DNA from: Nitrospira sp.
Lineage (GTDB): Bacteria; Nitrospirota; Nitrospiria; Nitrospirales; Nitrospiraceae
Assembly (NCBI GenBank): GCA_041743145.1
Contig: JBGTNJ010000032.1
Span: 4,692 to 68,691 of the forward strand
Length of the DNA stretch: 64,000 nucleotides
Direction of reading: 5' to 3'
This document shows, in pieces, positions 20,805 to 30,915 of the stretch. The notes under the pieces were generated by a model. The model was not told the origin of the DNA. It did no database searches and saw only the letters and a program-made list of their open reading frames with translations. A program made the position numbers and the translations under genes. The number at the start of each line of letters is the position of its first letter. Positions within the stretch are counted from its first letter, which is position 1.

Positions 20805-22118
20805 TCATGCTTGCGGCTCAGGGTTCCACCGTTCGACCAAGTAAGATTTCTTTGACTCGAATACGTCACATAATTGCTCGACTCGCCCTTCCGCTTCCTT
20901 TGTCGTGAGTCCCTGCGTTTCCAACACGAAAGTTGCCGTTCGTCCGAGATAGAGCGGCGTCAGGGCTTTCAGTAAGTGTTCTCGGGGCATGCGATGTTCC
21001 CGGTACGCCAGCGCGGCCTCGTAGACCACACGAACCCATAGTTCATCGGAAATCCGAAATTCCGAAGGGGAAGCTCCTCCCACCATTGTGAGTTCCGCCA
21101 CGATCTCCTTGCCCAGTGCCTGTTCCCAGATAGGAGCCAGATCCGCCAATCCCTGTCGAAAGACTGCAATCATGCGCTCGACGTTGACGTTGACCGGCTC
21201 AACGCCGACCTCGTATTGGAAACCGAACAGTTTGACTGCCTTCGATCCTTGCACACTCGACCAAACCCCATGGTGTGACTCCATCAAGGCAAACACCGCT
21301 CCCAGCACTTGCATGAGCATGGCGGCCAAATCGGCGGCTGGATCCTTAGGATTATGGATCTTGGCACCCAGAAAACTCTGGCAGACTCGAGCACCGCTCG
21401 CAATGGCCTCCGTGGTCATCCAGATATCGATCCCAAATCGTGCCACATCCGACTCCCAGACGTGTTGATCAAGGTAATGTTCGGACAAATGTCCGGCAAA
21501 TCCGAAATCACCCCCGATTGGCTGCCTGATCCGTTGACCGTAGAGCGTCCTGGTCAGGGGATAGACGATACTGTTCGTAATCGTGCCATCGTACTTATGG
21601 CGCAGATAATAAGGAGCCACATAGTCGTAGTGGTCGTCGAGAATGGGACGTAACAATAACTCGATCCATTCCGGTGTGATGCTCCGCAGGTCTGAATCGA
21701 CGACGGCGCAGGCCTTGGCGTTCAGCCGCCGCGCAATCTCGAAGATCGTGCGGAACGCGCTCCCCTTGCCGGGAATCCCATGATAGGGGGTGATGATCTT
21801 CTGAAGCTGGCTTTGCTGATCGCTGATGAGCAACGCGTCGTAATCGACCACCGCCCTCGAAACCGCCTCTGGCGTCCCATCCGAGGACCCCCCGTCGGAA
21901 TTCACCAACACGGCTCGATGCTCGGGGAAATATTTCGCCAAACCGACACTCACGGCCCGGACCACGTGCTCAATGGTATCGGCGTTGTTGTAACTGGGAA
22001 TACCGACGAGTACATCGACGTCGCCGATGACACCCAGGCGGGCCTCGGTTTCTGCCATCAACGCAACGGACGGTTTGCTCACTTGGACGCTTGGCGCGGT
22101 TCTCTCGTCGGGTCCCAC
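20805..22118 (-). CDS. GT-A glycosyltransferase, glucosylglycerate/mannosylglycerate synthase (Ggs/Mgs)-like
   Basis: GIPSYNNADTI, GKGSA, VDSDL (DxD), APYYLRHKYDGTITN, RQPIGGDFG, FGIDIWMT. Start may be about 22058. Confidence 0.75.
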   Translation of the reverse strand: MGPDERTAPSVQVSKPSVALMAETEARLGVIGDVDVLVGIPSYNNADTIEHVVRAVSVGLAKYFPEHRAVLVNSDGGSSDGTPEAVSRAVVDYDALLISDQQSQLQKIITPYHGIPGKGSAFRTIFEIARRLNAKACAVVDSDLRSITPEWIELLLRPILDDHYDYVAPYYLRHKYDGTITNSIVYPLTRTLYGQRIRQPIGGDFGFAGHLSEHYLDQHVWESDVARFGIDIWMTTEAIASGARVCQSFLGAKIHNPKDPAADLAAMLMQVLGAVFALMESHHGVWSSVQGSKAVKLFGFQYEVGVEPVNVNVERMIAVFRQGLADLAPIWEQALGKEIVAELTMVGGASPSEFRISDELWVRVVYEAALAYREHRMPREHLLKALTPLYLGRTATFVLETQGLTTKEAEGRVEQLCDVFESKKSYLVERWNPEPQA

Positions 22119-23323
22119 TGATGATCCTCCTCCACGGCTCGAACAAGACGATCAAAGACGTCCGGAACCGCCGCCGCCACGCGGCTCCAGTTAGAAATCA
22201 TCGGCACCCCCAGCGGATCTTTTTGGAAGACCTCCGACGCCAGTTTGATGCCTTTGAGAAATGTCTCGACGGCGGTCCGTTCCGCGTGTCGATCGAACTT
22301 CAAGCTGTTGATGGCCGCACTGTCTTCGTACCGACGGATGGCCTCTTCAGCGATGCGAAGATAGGTAGCTCGCAATGTCTTCAGTTCCGCATCGCCAAGC
22401 ACCAGACCTTCGCTGGCAAGATGGCGAAACAGAGACTTCGTGATATCCACGGTCATCTTGAGCAATCCTTTTTCAGGATCATCCGAAGACAGCGCCTGAT
22501 GTTTGTGCTCGTACGCGTCTGCGATATCAGCCTGACACACACGGCGCAAGGCGCAGTTGCGATACACTTCCGCCAGGATACCGATTTCCAACCCCCAATC
22601 TCCCGGAATACGATTGACCCAGGCAAGGTCGCGAACCATCGCAAACTCCCCTGCAAGGGGGTAACGAAAACTGTCCAGGAAGGTCAATAGGGGGTGGCTC
22701 CCAACGAGTTGCTGCAACGAACGTATGACCGGAGTGACGAACAACCTGGTGACTCGACCATGCAACTGGTCCGTGACGCGGCTGTAATACCCCTTACAAA
22801 ATTCATAGCCAAGATTGGGGTTGCCGAGCGGATAACAGAGCCGGGCAAGATACTCACGGTGGTAGCTCACGATATCGCAATCGTGCAACACAATGACCTG
22901 ACTTTGGTGGCGAGCTAGCACATAGCCGAACGCGAGCCAGCAGGATTGTCCCTTTCCGGGCAATCCGACATCGACCTCTCGTTCGACTAACGTCTTGAGG
23001 ATGTCTTGAACCGGAGCGCCGTCCACCCATACCAGACGCACGTGTTGCGGAAGAACCTTGAAATAATCTTTCGCACGCCGAAATTCGAGGGCTGATGCAT
23101 GTCCGAGCGCAACGACGATTTCGTTCAGGTATGTCACCCGCTTCAGTTCATCAACGATTCCAGAAAGGGCCGGACCTTCGAGTTCCGAATAGAGGCACGG
23201 TAGGACCAAGGCGATCGGGTTAACATGGTGATACTGTTCGAGCTCCTGCTCCAACTGTTCTACGTTGGGTGAACCGAGGCGATGCAGAACACTGACCACC
23301 CCGTTCTGGAAGAAATCCGACAT
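22079..23323 (-). CDS. gpgS: Glucosyl-3-phosphoglycerate synthase
   Basis: MSDFFQNG start, GKGQSCW, LHDCDI (DxD), KGYYSR, LHGRVTRL, RYPLAGEF, DWGLEIG, YEHKHQ. Confidence 0.85.
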   Translation of the reverse strand: MSDFFQNGVVSVLHRLGSPNVEQLEQELEQYHHVNPIALVLPCLYSELEGPALSGIVDELKRVTYLNEIVVALGHASALEFRRAKDYFKVLPQHVRLVWVDGAPVQDILKTLVEREVDVGLPGKGQSCWLAFGYVLARHQSQVIVLHDCDIVSYHREYLARLCYPLGNPNLGYEFCKGYYSRVTDQLHGRVTRLFVTPVIRSLQQLVGSHPLLTFLDSFRYPLAGEFAMVRDLAWVNRIPGDWGLEIGILAEVYRNCALRRVCQADIADAYEHKHQALSSDDPEKGLLKMTVDITKSLFRHLASEGLVLGDAELKTLRATYLRIAEEAIRRYEDSAAINSLKFDRHAERTAVETFLKGIKLASEVFQKDPLGVPMISNWSRVAAAVPDVFDRLVRAVEEDHQWDPTREPRQASK

Positions 23324-23581
23324 GATGATGCTCCTCCACATTCAGCACGGCTGGTGCTCCGCCGTCTCAGCGTCGCCTCCGCCACGGCCAGATCCGCCCC
23401 AGCATGGCACAGATGAGGGACTAATCCCAGATGGAATTTTTCTGAATTGTTGAATCGTATTATATAGTTCATCGCTCCCGTACATGCTGAAAAACACTCC
23501 CTGCAGCCAGCTTTCACAAGCTCTTGGGTTCATTTAGGGTTGACAATGGCGTATTCTGTTGAAGATTCATCAGTGGAAATC

Positions 23582-24436
23582 ATGCCCTCGCCAAAACTGA
23601 GCACCATCGACGGAGACCCGAAGGTCATGGTCGTCTTCACAGATTTAGACGGCACCCTCCTCGACGGCTCAACCTATTCGTTCGATGCCGCCCAAGAAGC
23701 GTTGGATGAGCTTCGTGCCCGTTCGATTCCCATTGTGGTGGTCTCGAGCAAGACACAGGCGGAGATTGAACCGCTCCGCTTTCGCCTTCGCAATGAACAC
23801 CCCTTCATCGTGGAGAACGGAGGTGCAGTGTTCGTTCCATCGAGCTACTTCCCATTCCAGCTCACGGATGCGACCGCCCATGACCAGTATCATATTGTGG
23901 GCCTAGGCACCTCCTATCCTCGGCTTCGCCGAGCCTTGAAAGAGATTGAACAAGAACTCGAGGTGGAACTGAGAGGATATGGTGATATGCCTGTCGAGGA
24001 GGTCGTGATGCGGACGGGGCTTTCTCGTCAAGACGCAGAACTGGCCAAACAGCGCGACTATGATGAGCCGTTCGTCGTAGAAAACGAGCGCTGCACACTA
24101 GAAGCTCTCACCCAGGCCATCACAGTCCGTGGCCTGCGTTGGACCAAGGGCGATCGCTTCCATCACCTGATGGGTGTCCAGGATAAGGGGCACGCCGTGC
24201 GATACCTCATCGAATGCTACCGCCGTCAGGCTGACCCTTATCGTGGCCGACTCATCACCGTGGGCATCGGCAACAGCCTGAACGACCTCCCGATGCTTAA
24301 CGCAGTAGATCGCCCTGTCCTCGTCCAACAACCCGACGGCTCGTATGAGCAGGATATCGAGCTTCCTGGACTTATCCATGCACCAGGACCAGGCCCCATC
24401 GGCTGGAATCGGGCCGTGCTATCGTTGTTGGCATGA
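23582..24436 (+). CDS. gpgP: Glucosyl/mannosyl-3-phosphoglycerate phosphatase (HAD IIB)
   Basis: FTDLDGTLL, SSKT.AE, PFIVENG, R.YDEPF, DKG.A. Motif IV reads GNSLND instead of GDSxND. Start could be 23540 or 23546. Confidence 0.85.
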   Translation: MPSPKLSTIDGDPKVMVVFTDLDGTLLDGSTYSFDAAQEALDELRARSIPIVVVSSKTQAEIEPLRFRLRNEHPFIVENGGAVFVPSSYFPFQLTDATAHDQYHIVGLGTSYPRLRRALKEIEQELEVELRGYGDMPVEEVVMRTGLSRQDAELAKQRDYDEPFVVENERCTLEALTQAITVRGLRWTKGDRFHHLMGVQDKGHAVRYLIECYRRQADPYRGRLITVGIGNSLNDLPMLNAVDRPVLVQQPDGSYEQDIELPGLIHAPGPGPIGWNRAVLSLLA

Positions 24437-24594
24437 AACCGCTGAGCCATCCGGATCGGATGCAAGACTCATTGCACCAGAAACTGCTTGCTCGTTTCTG
24501 ATCGGGGACGACACTTCCTGTGACCCTCTGTTCTCTCGCGGGGTCATTCCGATATGCCCTGCCGTTCTTCGCGATAGGTCTCAGCAGGTCGGCG

Positions 24595-25548
24595 TCACTG
24601 GCGTTCATCGATACGCTGTTTTTCCAACGTCGGGACGATTTGACTCTGCACATCCTCGGTAATCGTGTACCGCACGTAGGCATCCTCAACCATCTGGTTG
24701 GCATAGAGCCGCCCGCTCGGCGCCTCGACTTTCAAAGCGACGGTCGTCTGCTTGTTTGGTTCAATTGTCACCGTTTGCTCGATGTCGTCCCTGATATAGG
24801 GATGCCAGACCTTTACTGTATAGGTGCCAGGCGGAACATCGGTGAGTTCGAATCGCCCCTCCTCGTCGGCAATCGCGAAATATGGATGGTCGGCGACCAG
24901 CGCCCAGCTTTCCATATAGGCATGAAACCCGCACTGCATCGTGAAGATCTTCCGGCCTTTCGTCATCTTGACCGATTGCACTACCGGCGTCCCCTCATAG
25001 TGCTTGTGAAAATGTGCGCTCAATCCGGCTTCGCGATGATATCGCTTGCTGATCGGTAGCGGAACGTTGAACAAGACACGCGGCCCTAGATGGGAGGTTT
25101 CATAGGCCTGAATATCGTGCATGGCAGGGTCCATATTCACGACGGCCACATCGTGGAGATCGCGGACGAGATTGATGAACGGCTTGAAGAGGCAGTCGAC
25201 GGCTTCAATCCTCGGAGGCTCGTACGCTCCGAACGGTTTCCCCTTGTCGATTCCGTCGAGAAACACAACGACTCGCCGAAACTCGCCCTTCGGCCCAACG
25301 TTGAAGGGCTGAAGCAATCTCCAGCCTTTCCCGTCGGAAATTCGCCCACAGTAGATCGCATCCGGCAGAGTCGTCAGGTTGTACCCTTTTGGCATCGGGA
25401 CTTTGCCGTCAAGATTGACGGTCCCCGAGAGTGAGCCCCTCTCGGGCAACGAAATCTCTTCATAGGCTTCGCTGTGTGGCACCGACACAAGGCTTAGCGC
25501 ATAGGCACATGCGACGATCAGAATTTGGTGCACAACCGTTCTCATCAC
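24595..25548 (-). CDS. Secreted protein with a cupredoxin (MauL-like) domain plus a carboxypeptidase-regulatory/CnaB-like domain
   Basis: Signal peptide (..VPHSEA/YEE), VNMDPAMHDI...MQCGFHAYM, and GRFELTDVPPGTYTVKVWHP. Confidence 0.65.
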   Translation of the reverse strand: MMRTVVHQILIVACAYALSLVSVPHSEAYEEISLPERGSLSGTVNLDGKVPMPKGYNLTTLPDAIYCGRISDGKGWRLLQPFNVGPKGEFRRVVVFLDGIDKGKPFGAYEPPRIEAVDCLFKPFINLVRDLHDVAVVNMDPAMHDIQAYETSHLGPRVLFNVPLPISKRYHREAGLSAHFHKHYEGTPVVQSVKMTKGRKIFTMQCGFHAYMESWALVADHPYFAIADEEGRFELTDVPPGTYTVKVWHPYIRDDIEQTVTIEPNKQTTVALKVEAPSGRLYANQMVEDAYVRYTITEDVQSQIVPTLEKQRIDERQ

Positions 25549-25587
25549 TGCCTCCTTAGCACGATGTTGTCAATAAACCTGTCACCA

Positions 25588-26010
25588 TCATGCAGCCTCG
25601 TCGAGATGAATAATTGCCGTTGGACTCATCGAACGGAAGGGGTCTGCGATATCTGTCCAGATGTTATACCGGACCGTTCGAGCCTGGAGAAAACATACGC
25701 TGACATACCCCCCGGCAGGAATCACGACGACGTCCTTAATCGCTCCGAACCATGTTTTGAAACCCTTGTCGCAACTCACTTCCACGATCGGCTTGACGCC
25801 AAGCAATCCGAGATGAATCGGAACTGCGAGTTGGTTATGCCACCGAATTTCTTCTCCGACGGCGGCGTACAACTCGAAGGGAGCAATAGAGTCCTTACCG
25901 CTGATCTGGATGTCGTGAACACGAGGTGGAATGTCCACCCTCGAGGACTTGGTGCAGCCGGCTAGCACGAAGATGCATAGAATACAGCCTACGCCTATGT
26001 GTTTCAGCAT
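25588..26010 (-). CDS. Hypothetical lipoprotein with a cupredoxin-like fold and no obvious Cu ligands
   Basis: Lipobox VLAGC; AVGEEIRWHN; IPAGGYVSVCF. ATG 26010 has AAGGA 8 nt upstream. Confidence 0.55.
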   Translation of the reverse strand: MLKHIGVGCILCIFVLAGCTKSSRVDIPPRVHDIQISGKDSIAPFELYAAVGEEIRWHNQLAVPIHLGLLGVKPIVEVSCDKGFKTWFGAIKDVVVIPAGGYVSVCFLQARTVRYNIWTDIADPFRSMSPTAIIHLDEAA

Positions 26011-26591
26011 GATCATTGTCCTTGAATGCACGCAGGGGATCCGAACAAGTGAGGGTAACCACACTATTAGGCTCGCCGCCTGAACTCTGCGGCTCCTTCA
26101 CAGCCCCGTATCTACGCGACAGTGTTCGTTTACGAAATCGATCACCGCTTCACGAGTAGCAATTCAGCGGGCTTGCGGGGGATCATAACCATGTCGATAG
26201 GCACATCCCTGAAACAAGTTATTCCCAGGGGAAAAGATCCGATGAGGCATTCGATCGCTTTCAAATTTTACGAGATGGCGAGCCGTCACCCGTCACCAAC
26301 ATTGTCTACATATTCTTCTTTTATAGTGTCGGCCAACTGCTTATGCAACAGCTTGGCTCATTAGTCTAACAGCTTAACAGATTGCTCGCTTTGACCATAT
26401 AGCAGGTTTCCCTGCTTCGGAAAAACCGCACCGCAAGTCTCGCGGGAACACACTCAAAGGATATAGAGGAAGGCGCTGGCCCCGATCCATTCGGATTTTG
26501 ACCGGATGCCCCCACTCCCAGCCTAACGCATACTTGATCAGCTATCCACTCTGAGCAGATCACAGCGATCATATCGTCGTGGCCACGCAAG

Positions 26592-26945
26592 TCATTGTCG
26601 GATCTCGGCCCTTTGCCATGGCCAGCGCCCTTCAATCTCAAGTTCTAATGTGACCGTGAGAAATAATCGAATCAGCACGATCACGACCAACACTCCCACG
26701 CTTTCGAGCATTTGCGTTACGGTCACCGTCCGAATGATGTCCCCCGCGATCAAGAACTCAAGGCCGAGTAGGATCGATCGTCCAACATCGGAACGAAATT
26801 CTCGATAGGCATCAAGCTTCGACATCTTTTTCAGGCGGCCGAGAAACCACCCTGTCGCAAGGAGCGCGCCGACGAGGATCGTGAGCACGCCTGCCGCTTA
26901 CACCACGTATCCGGCTACGTCGAACCAGTCTTTTACAAAGCTCAT
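26592..26945 (-). pseudogene. DUF1622 membrane protein with an in-frame TAA
   Basis: ATG 26945 (RBS GAGGA) reads MSFVKDWFDVAGYVV*AAGVLTILVG. TAA at 26898-26900. Downstream GRSILLGLEFLIAGDIIRT and LELEIEGRWPWQ are DUF1622 hallmarks. Confidence 0.75.
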
Positions 26946-27036
26946 GAGGTTCCTCACTTCACCTTCAGGGTTCTACCGTTCGTCTCCTCACCAGCCTTGT
27001 CGCTTTCTAGCCGCACTGTTTCACCTATCTCGCTCC

Positions 27037-29841
27037 TCAGGTACGTCGCCACCATTTGACCGCTTCCATGATGGCAAAGGGCAAAATGCCCGTTGCCCCC
27101 ATCAATACCCAATCCTCGACCGGCAGTGGGACAGCCTTGAAGATCGGCGCAACGGCCGGAACGGTCAATACGGCCACTTGGATACCGAGCGAGAGCATGA
27201 AGGCAAGGAGCAACGGACGATTCGTTCCGAGGCCCACTTGAAATAGCGACCATCGGTCGCTGCGGCAGTTGAACGCATGCACCAACTGGTTGATCACCAA
27301 CACGGTAAACGCGACGGTCCTCGCTTGTTCGACATCTTGATGAAGACCGTACAGGCTATAGGAGAAGGCCCCCAAGGCAATGGCGCTCAACATCAGCCCC
27401 TCGAGGCCGATCGCAGCCAATCTTCCTCTATCCAACAACCGTGCCTCCGGCCTTCTCGGTCGTCGCTTCATCAAGTCCGGGGCCTTTGGATCGACGGCCA
27501 AGGCCAGGGCAGGAAACCCATCCGTCACCAGGTTCATCCAGAGAATCTGAATCGGGAGCAGCGGAAGCGGTAAACCCAACAGCGTAGCGAAGAGCATGAC
27601 CAGCACCTCGCTCACGTTGCACGATAGTAAGAAATGCACCGCTTTCCGAATATTATCAAAGATCCCCCGGCCCTCTTCCACAGCCGCCGCGATCGAGGCA
27701 AAATTATCATCCGTCACCACCATGTCGGCGGCTTCTTTTGTTACGTCGGTTCCTGTGATCCCCATCGCGACACCGATGTCGGCTGCCTTCACTGCCGGAG
27801 CATCGTTCACGCCGTCTCCCGTCATGGCCACCACCGCGCCGGTAGACTTCCAAGCCTTGACGATGCGCAGCTTGTGTTCCGCCGTGACTCTCGCATAGAC
27901 CGCCACCTGCTCCACAGTCCGGACCAATTCGTCATCGGACAAGCGATCCAGTTCCGATCCGGATAACGACTGTATCGGCTCCTTCACCCCCCTCAGTTCT
28001 TCTGCGATCGCCGTAGCCGTATCCTTGTGATCTCCCGTAATCATGACCGTCCTGATGCCGGCAGCATGGCAGGCTTGCACTGCGATTTTCGCCTCCGGTC
28101 TCAACGGATCCTTCATGGCTGCAAGGCCCAGAAAGACCAGTTGTTGCTCGAGTTCCGAGGAATGATAGGAATCAGGTTTGCGTGCCAGCCGACGCTGCCC
28201 AAGGCCCAGCACACGCAACGCGTGATGCGCAAATTGCGCATTGGCGTCAAGGACCGAGGCACGGGTTGAATCCGACAGAGGTTCGATCGTCCCGTTCGGG
28301 CCCAGGCGATGGGTGCATTTGACAAGGAGGACATCCGGCGCACCTTTCACATAGGCAACCGGCCCGTCCGACGAGTGCCGCACAATCGTCATCATCTTAC
28401 GCTCAGGATCGAACGGAACCTCCCCAAGAAACTGGTGGGTCGGCTCAAGTTCTTCCATACGAAGGCCGGCCTTCGCGGCCGCAACCAGGAGGGCCCCCTC
28501 CGTTGGATCACCGATCACCCGCCAGGTGCCATCTTCCTCCTTCAACGTCGCGCCATTGCAGAGCACGGCGGCTGTCAGGAGCTCGCGCAAACCAGGCGAC
28601 CCTGCTGACTGCTGGGAGCTGAGTCCTGAGTATTTCGGAGAAACCTGTTCTTCTTGGCTCATGAACTCAGCACTCAGCACTCTCGCCTCAGGACTGTTTT
28701 CAGATATCTCTCCCGTGGGATCATACCCCTCACCAGTCACATCAAATACTTTTTCTCCCACGAAAAGCTTGGTCACCGTCATTTCGTTCTTCGTGAGTGT
28801 TCCGGTTTTATCGGAGCAGATGACGGTGGCGGAACCGAGCGTTTCAACCGCCGGCAATTTGCGAATGAGCGCGTTCCGTCGGACCATTCGCGTGACACCC
28901 AGGGAGAGGGTGATCGTCACCACAGCCGGGAGCCCCTCCGGAACGGCGGCCACAGCAAGACTGACTGATGTGAGGAACATGGTCATCGCCGGTTCACCGC
29001 GCAAGTAGCCCAAGACAAAGACGACACTTACGACCCCCAGCGCCAACCACAATAAGGTGTAGCCGAATTGCGCGAGGCGCTGCTGAAGTGGCGTTTCGGT
29101 CCGCTCCGCTTCGGCAGCCTTTTGAATCATGGTGGCGATGTGTCCCAGTTCTGTTTTGAGTCCCGTGGCCGTCACGAGCGCACGGGCCTTGCCCGACACA
29201 GCAACGGTGCCCATGAAGACCATGTTGGATCGGTCGGCCAGCGGCACATCTGGTCGATCGATCGCGTTCGCGCCCTTTTCAACAGGCGTCGATTCTCCGG
29301 TGAGGGAGGCTTCCTGTGTGTGAAAATTTGTCGCGTACACCAGCCGTGCATCTGCCGGAATTCGATCTCCGGCCTCGAGGAGCACGACATCGCCAAAGAC
29401 GACCTCACGCGAGGTAATCACTCTCAACGTGCCGTCACGGACCACCCGGGCCGTCGCGACCGACATTTTTCGCAGCGCTGCCAATGACCGCTCGGCCCGG
29501 AACTCCTGAACAAACCCAAGAACTCCGTTGAGCAACACAATCGTCAAGATGGCCGCCGCATCAAGCCAATCTTCTAAGAGACCGGAGATGATCGCTGCCC
29601 CGATCAGCACCCACACGATGACGCTGGTGAACTGAGACAGGAATAATGAGAGAAGGGAAGGGGGCGGGCTTTCAGGCAGTTCGTTGGCACCTTGGCTATC
29701 CAGCCGGCGCTGGGCTTCCTCGGCGGCGAGACCATGCTCCGCATCGGCTTCCACCTGTCGAGCCAAGTCTTCTGTTGAAAGCCGCCACATGCCGATGTTC
29801 TGCTGCTCTTCGCTTGCGGTCGTGGTGATTGGTGCACTCAT
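27037..29841 (-). CDS. Ca2+-type (IIA) cation-translocating P-type ATPase
   Basis: [48 protein letters not shown]. Confidence 0.93.
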   Translation of the reverse strand: MSAPITTTASEEQQNIGMWRLSTEDLARQVEADAEHGLAAEEAQRRLDSQGANELPESPPPSLLSLFLSQFTSVIVWVLIGAAIISGLLEDWLDAAAILTIVLLNGVLGFVQEFRAERSLAALRKMSVATARVVRDGTLRVITSREVVFGDVVLLEAGDRIPADARLVYATNFHTQEASLTGESTPVEKGANAIDRPDVPLADRSNMVFMGTVAVSGKARALVTATGLKTELGHIATMIQKAAEAERTETPLQQRLAQFGYTLLWLALGVVSVVFVLGYLRGEPAMTMFLTSVSLAVAAVPEGLPAVVTITLSLGVTRMVRRNALIRKLPAVETLGSATVICSDKTGTLTKNEMTVTKLFVGEKVFDVTGEGYDPTGEISENSPEARVLSAEFMSQEEQVSPKYSGLSSQQSAGSPGLRELLTAAVLCNGATLKEEDGTWRVIGDPTEGALLVAAAKAGLRMEELEPTHQFLGEVPFDPERKMMTIVRHSSDGPVAYVKGAPDVLLVKCTHRLGPNGTIEPLSDSTRASVLDANAQFAHHALRVLGLGQRRLARKPDSYHSSELEQQLVFLGLAAMKDPLRPEAKIAVQACHAAGIRTVMITGDHKDTATAIAEELRGVKEPIQSLSGSELDRLSDDELVRTVEQVAVYARVTAEHKLRIVKAWKSTGAVVAMTGDGVNDAPAVKAADIGVAMGITGTDVTKEAADMVVTDDNFASIAAAVEEGRGIFDNIRKAVHFLLSCNVSEVLVMLFATLLGLPLPLLPIQILWMNLVTDGFPALALAVDPKAPDLMKRRPRRPEARLLDRGRLAAIGLEGLMLSAIALGAFSYSLYGLHQDVEQARTVAFTVLVINQLVHAFNCRSDRWSLFQVGLGTNRPLLLAFMLSLGIQVAVLTVPAVAPIFKAVPLPVEDWVLMGATGILPFAIMEAVKWWRRT
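28603..28695. repeat. In-frame imperfect palindrome built of heptamer arrays inside the P-type ATPase gene
   Basis: + strand TGCTGAC-TGCTGGG-AGCTGAG-TCCTGAG-T, then a 33-nt spacer, then ACTCAGC-ACTCAGC-ACTCTCG-CCTCAGG-ACT. The inner 14 nt of the arms pair 13/14. Length is 93 nt (31 codons). Confidence 0.75.
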
Positions 29842-30863
29842 TGGAACAACAGCAAGAGCCCGAGACAGTAACCTAGAATAATGGCCAAGCTGTCTGGTTC
29901 GATCAGGAGATATCGTTTCTCAACACGATAGATGATCCCCATCATTGCCGCGCTCATCATGAGGATGCCCCACAAGGCGGTCAAAGCATGTGCGTCCGAC
30001 ACGGCATTGAACAGCGGCCCGCTCTGATAGGCCACGTCTACGAAAAAGAAAGCGGCCATGTTAAAGGCGTTGCTGCCGAACAGGTTGCCTACGGCGAGGT
30101 CGAACGCGCCCAACCGGACTGCAGCCACCGCCGTCACGAGTTCGGGAAGCGAGGTCGTAATGGCCACGAGCGACGTGCCGATAAACGTTGCGGACACACC
30201 GGACTGTTCGGCAATTTGATTCGCTGAACTCGCGAGAAACGGCGCTGCGATCAAGAGAGCGACTGCCCCGAGTCCAAACCCGACGGCAGCCCGTTGTAAC
30301 CCTTCGCGCTTGCTCGATCCCCTCTCCTCCTCACGCGCTTGGCCTTCAACGACTTTTTCTTGCTCACGCTGACGGCGCTTAACGGACTCCTGCCTGAAAA
30401 TGACGCGCATACCGAGGATGTAGAACAGCAATAAAACCATACTGCCCAATCCGATGCCGCCATATTTGACGTCGTGTCTCAGGAGGATGAAAAACGCCGC
30501 GAGCCCTGTCAAGAACATCGCCAACCCCGCGCTTAGGGCATGTTCGAAGGCCGCCTGCTGCCACACCCGTTTCTGCCGATGCATCAAATCGATGAGTCCG
30601 AGCGTCAGCATATTCGTCATGCAGGCACCGAACAAATCACCGGCCGCGAGGTCCGGCGCATCGAGCAGACTCGCGCTGACGGTCGTGAATACTTCTGGTA
30701 GCGACGTGGCTCCCGCCATCAGCACAACGCCGACCCAGAGCCCTCCCAAGCCGGTCAGATCAGCGATCTGATCCCCATAGCGGGACAAGTTCGTGCCGGC
30801 GTAGACAATGACTGCCGCGCTCGCCAAGAAGACCGCCCATGCGGTGAACATCGAGCCTATCAT
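29838..30863 (-). CDS. Sodium:calcium antiporter (CaCA/YrbG-like)
   Basis: Two alpha repeats: ATSLPE..GACMTN and TTSLPE..NLFGSNAFN. 4-nt overlap with the ATPase. Confidence 0.88.
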   Translation of the reverse strand: MIGSMFTAWAVFLASAAVIVYAGTNLSRYGDQIADLTGLGGLWVGVVLMAGATSLPEVFTTVSASLLDAPDLAAGDLFGACMTNMLTLGLIDLMHRQKRVWQQAAFEHALSAGLAMFLTGLAAFFILLRHDVKYGGIGLGSMVLLLFYILGMRVIFRQESVKRRQREQEKVVEGQAREEERGSSKREGLQRAAVGFGLGAVALLIAAPFLASSANQIAEQSGVSATFIGTSLVAITTSLPELVTAVAAVRLGAFDLAVGNLFGSNAFNMAAFFFVDVAYQSGPLFNAVSDAHALTALWGILMMSAAMMGIIYRVEKRYLLIEPDSLAIILGYCLGLLLLFQ

Positions 30864-30915
30864 CCTCCGTCTCGCCTCTCATCAGGCTGTTCCGACCTGG
30901 TTTCATCTCGCAGGC

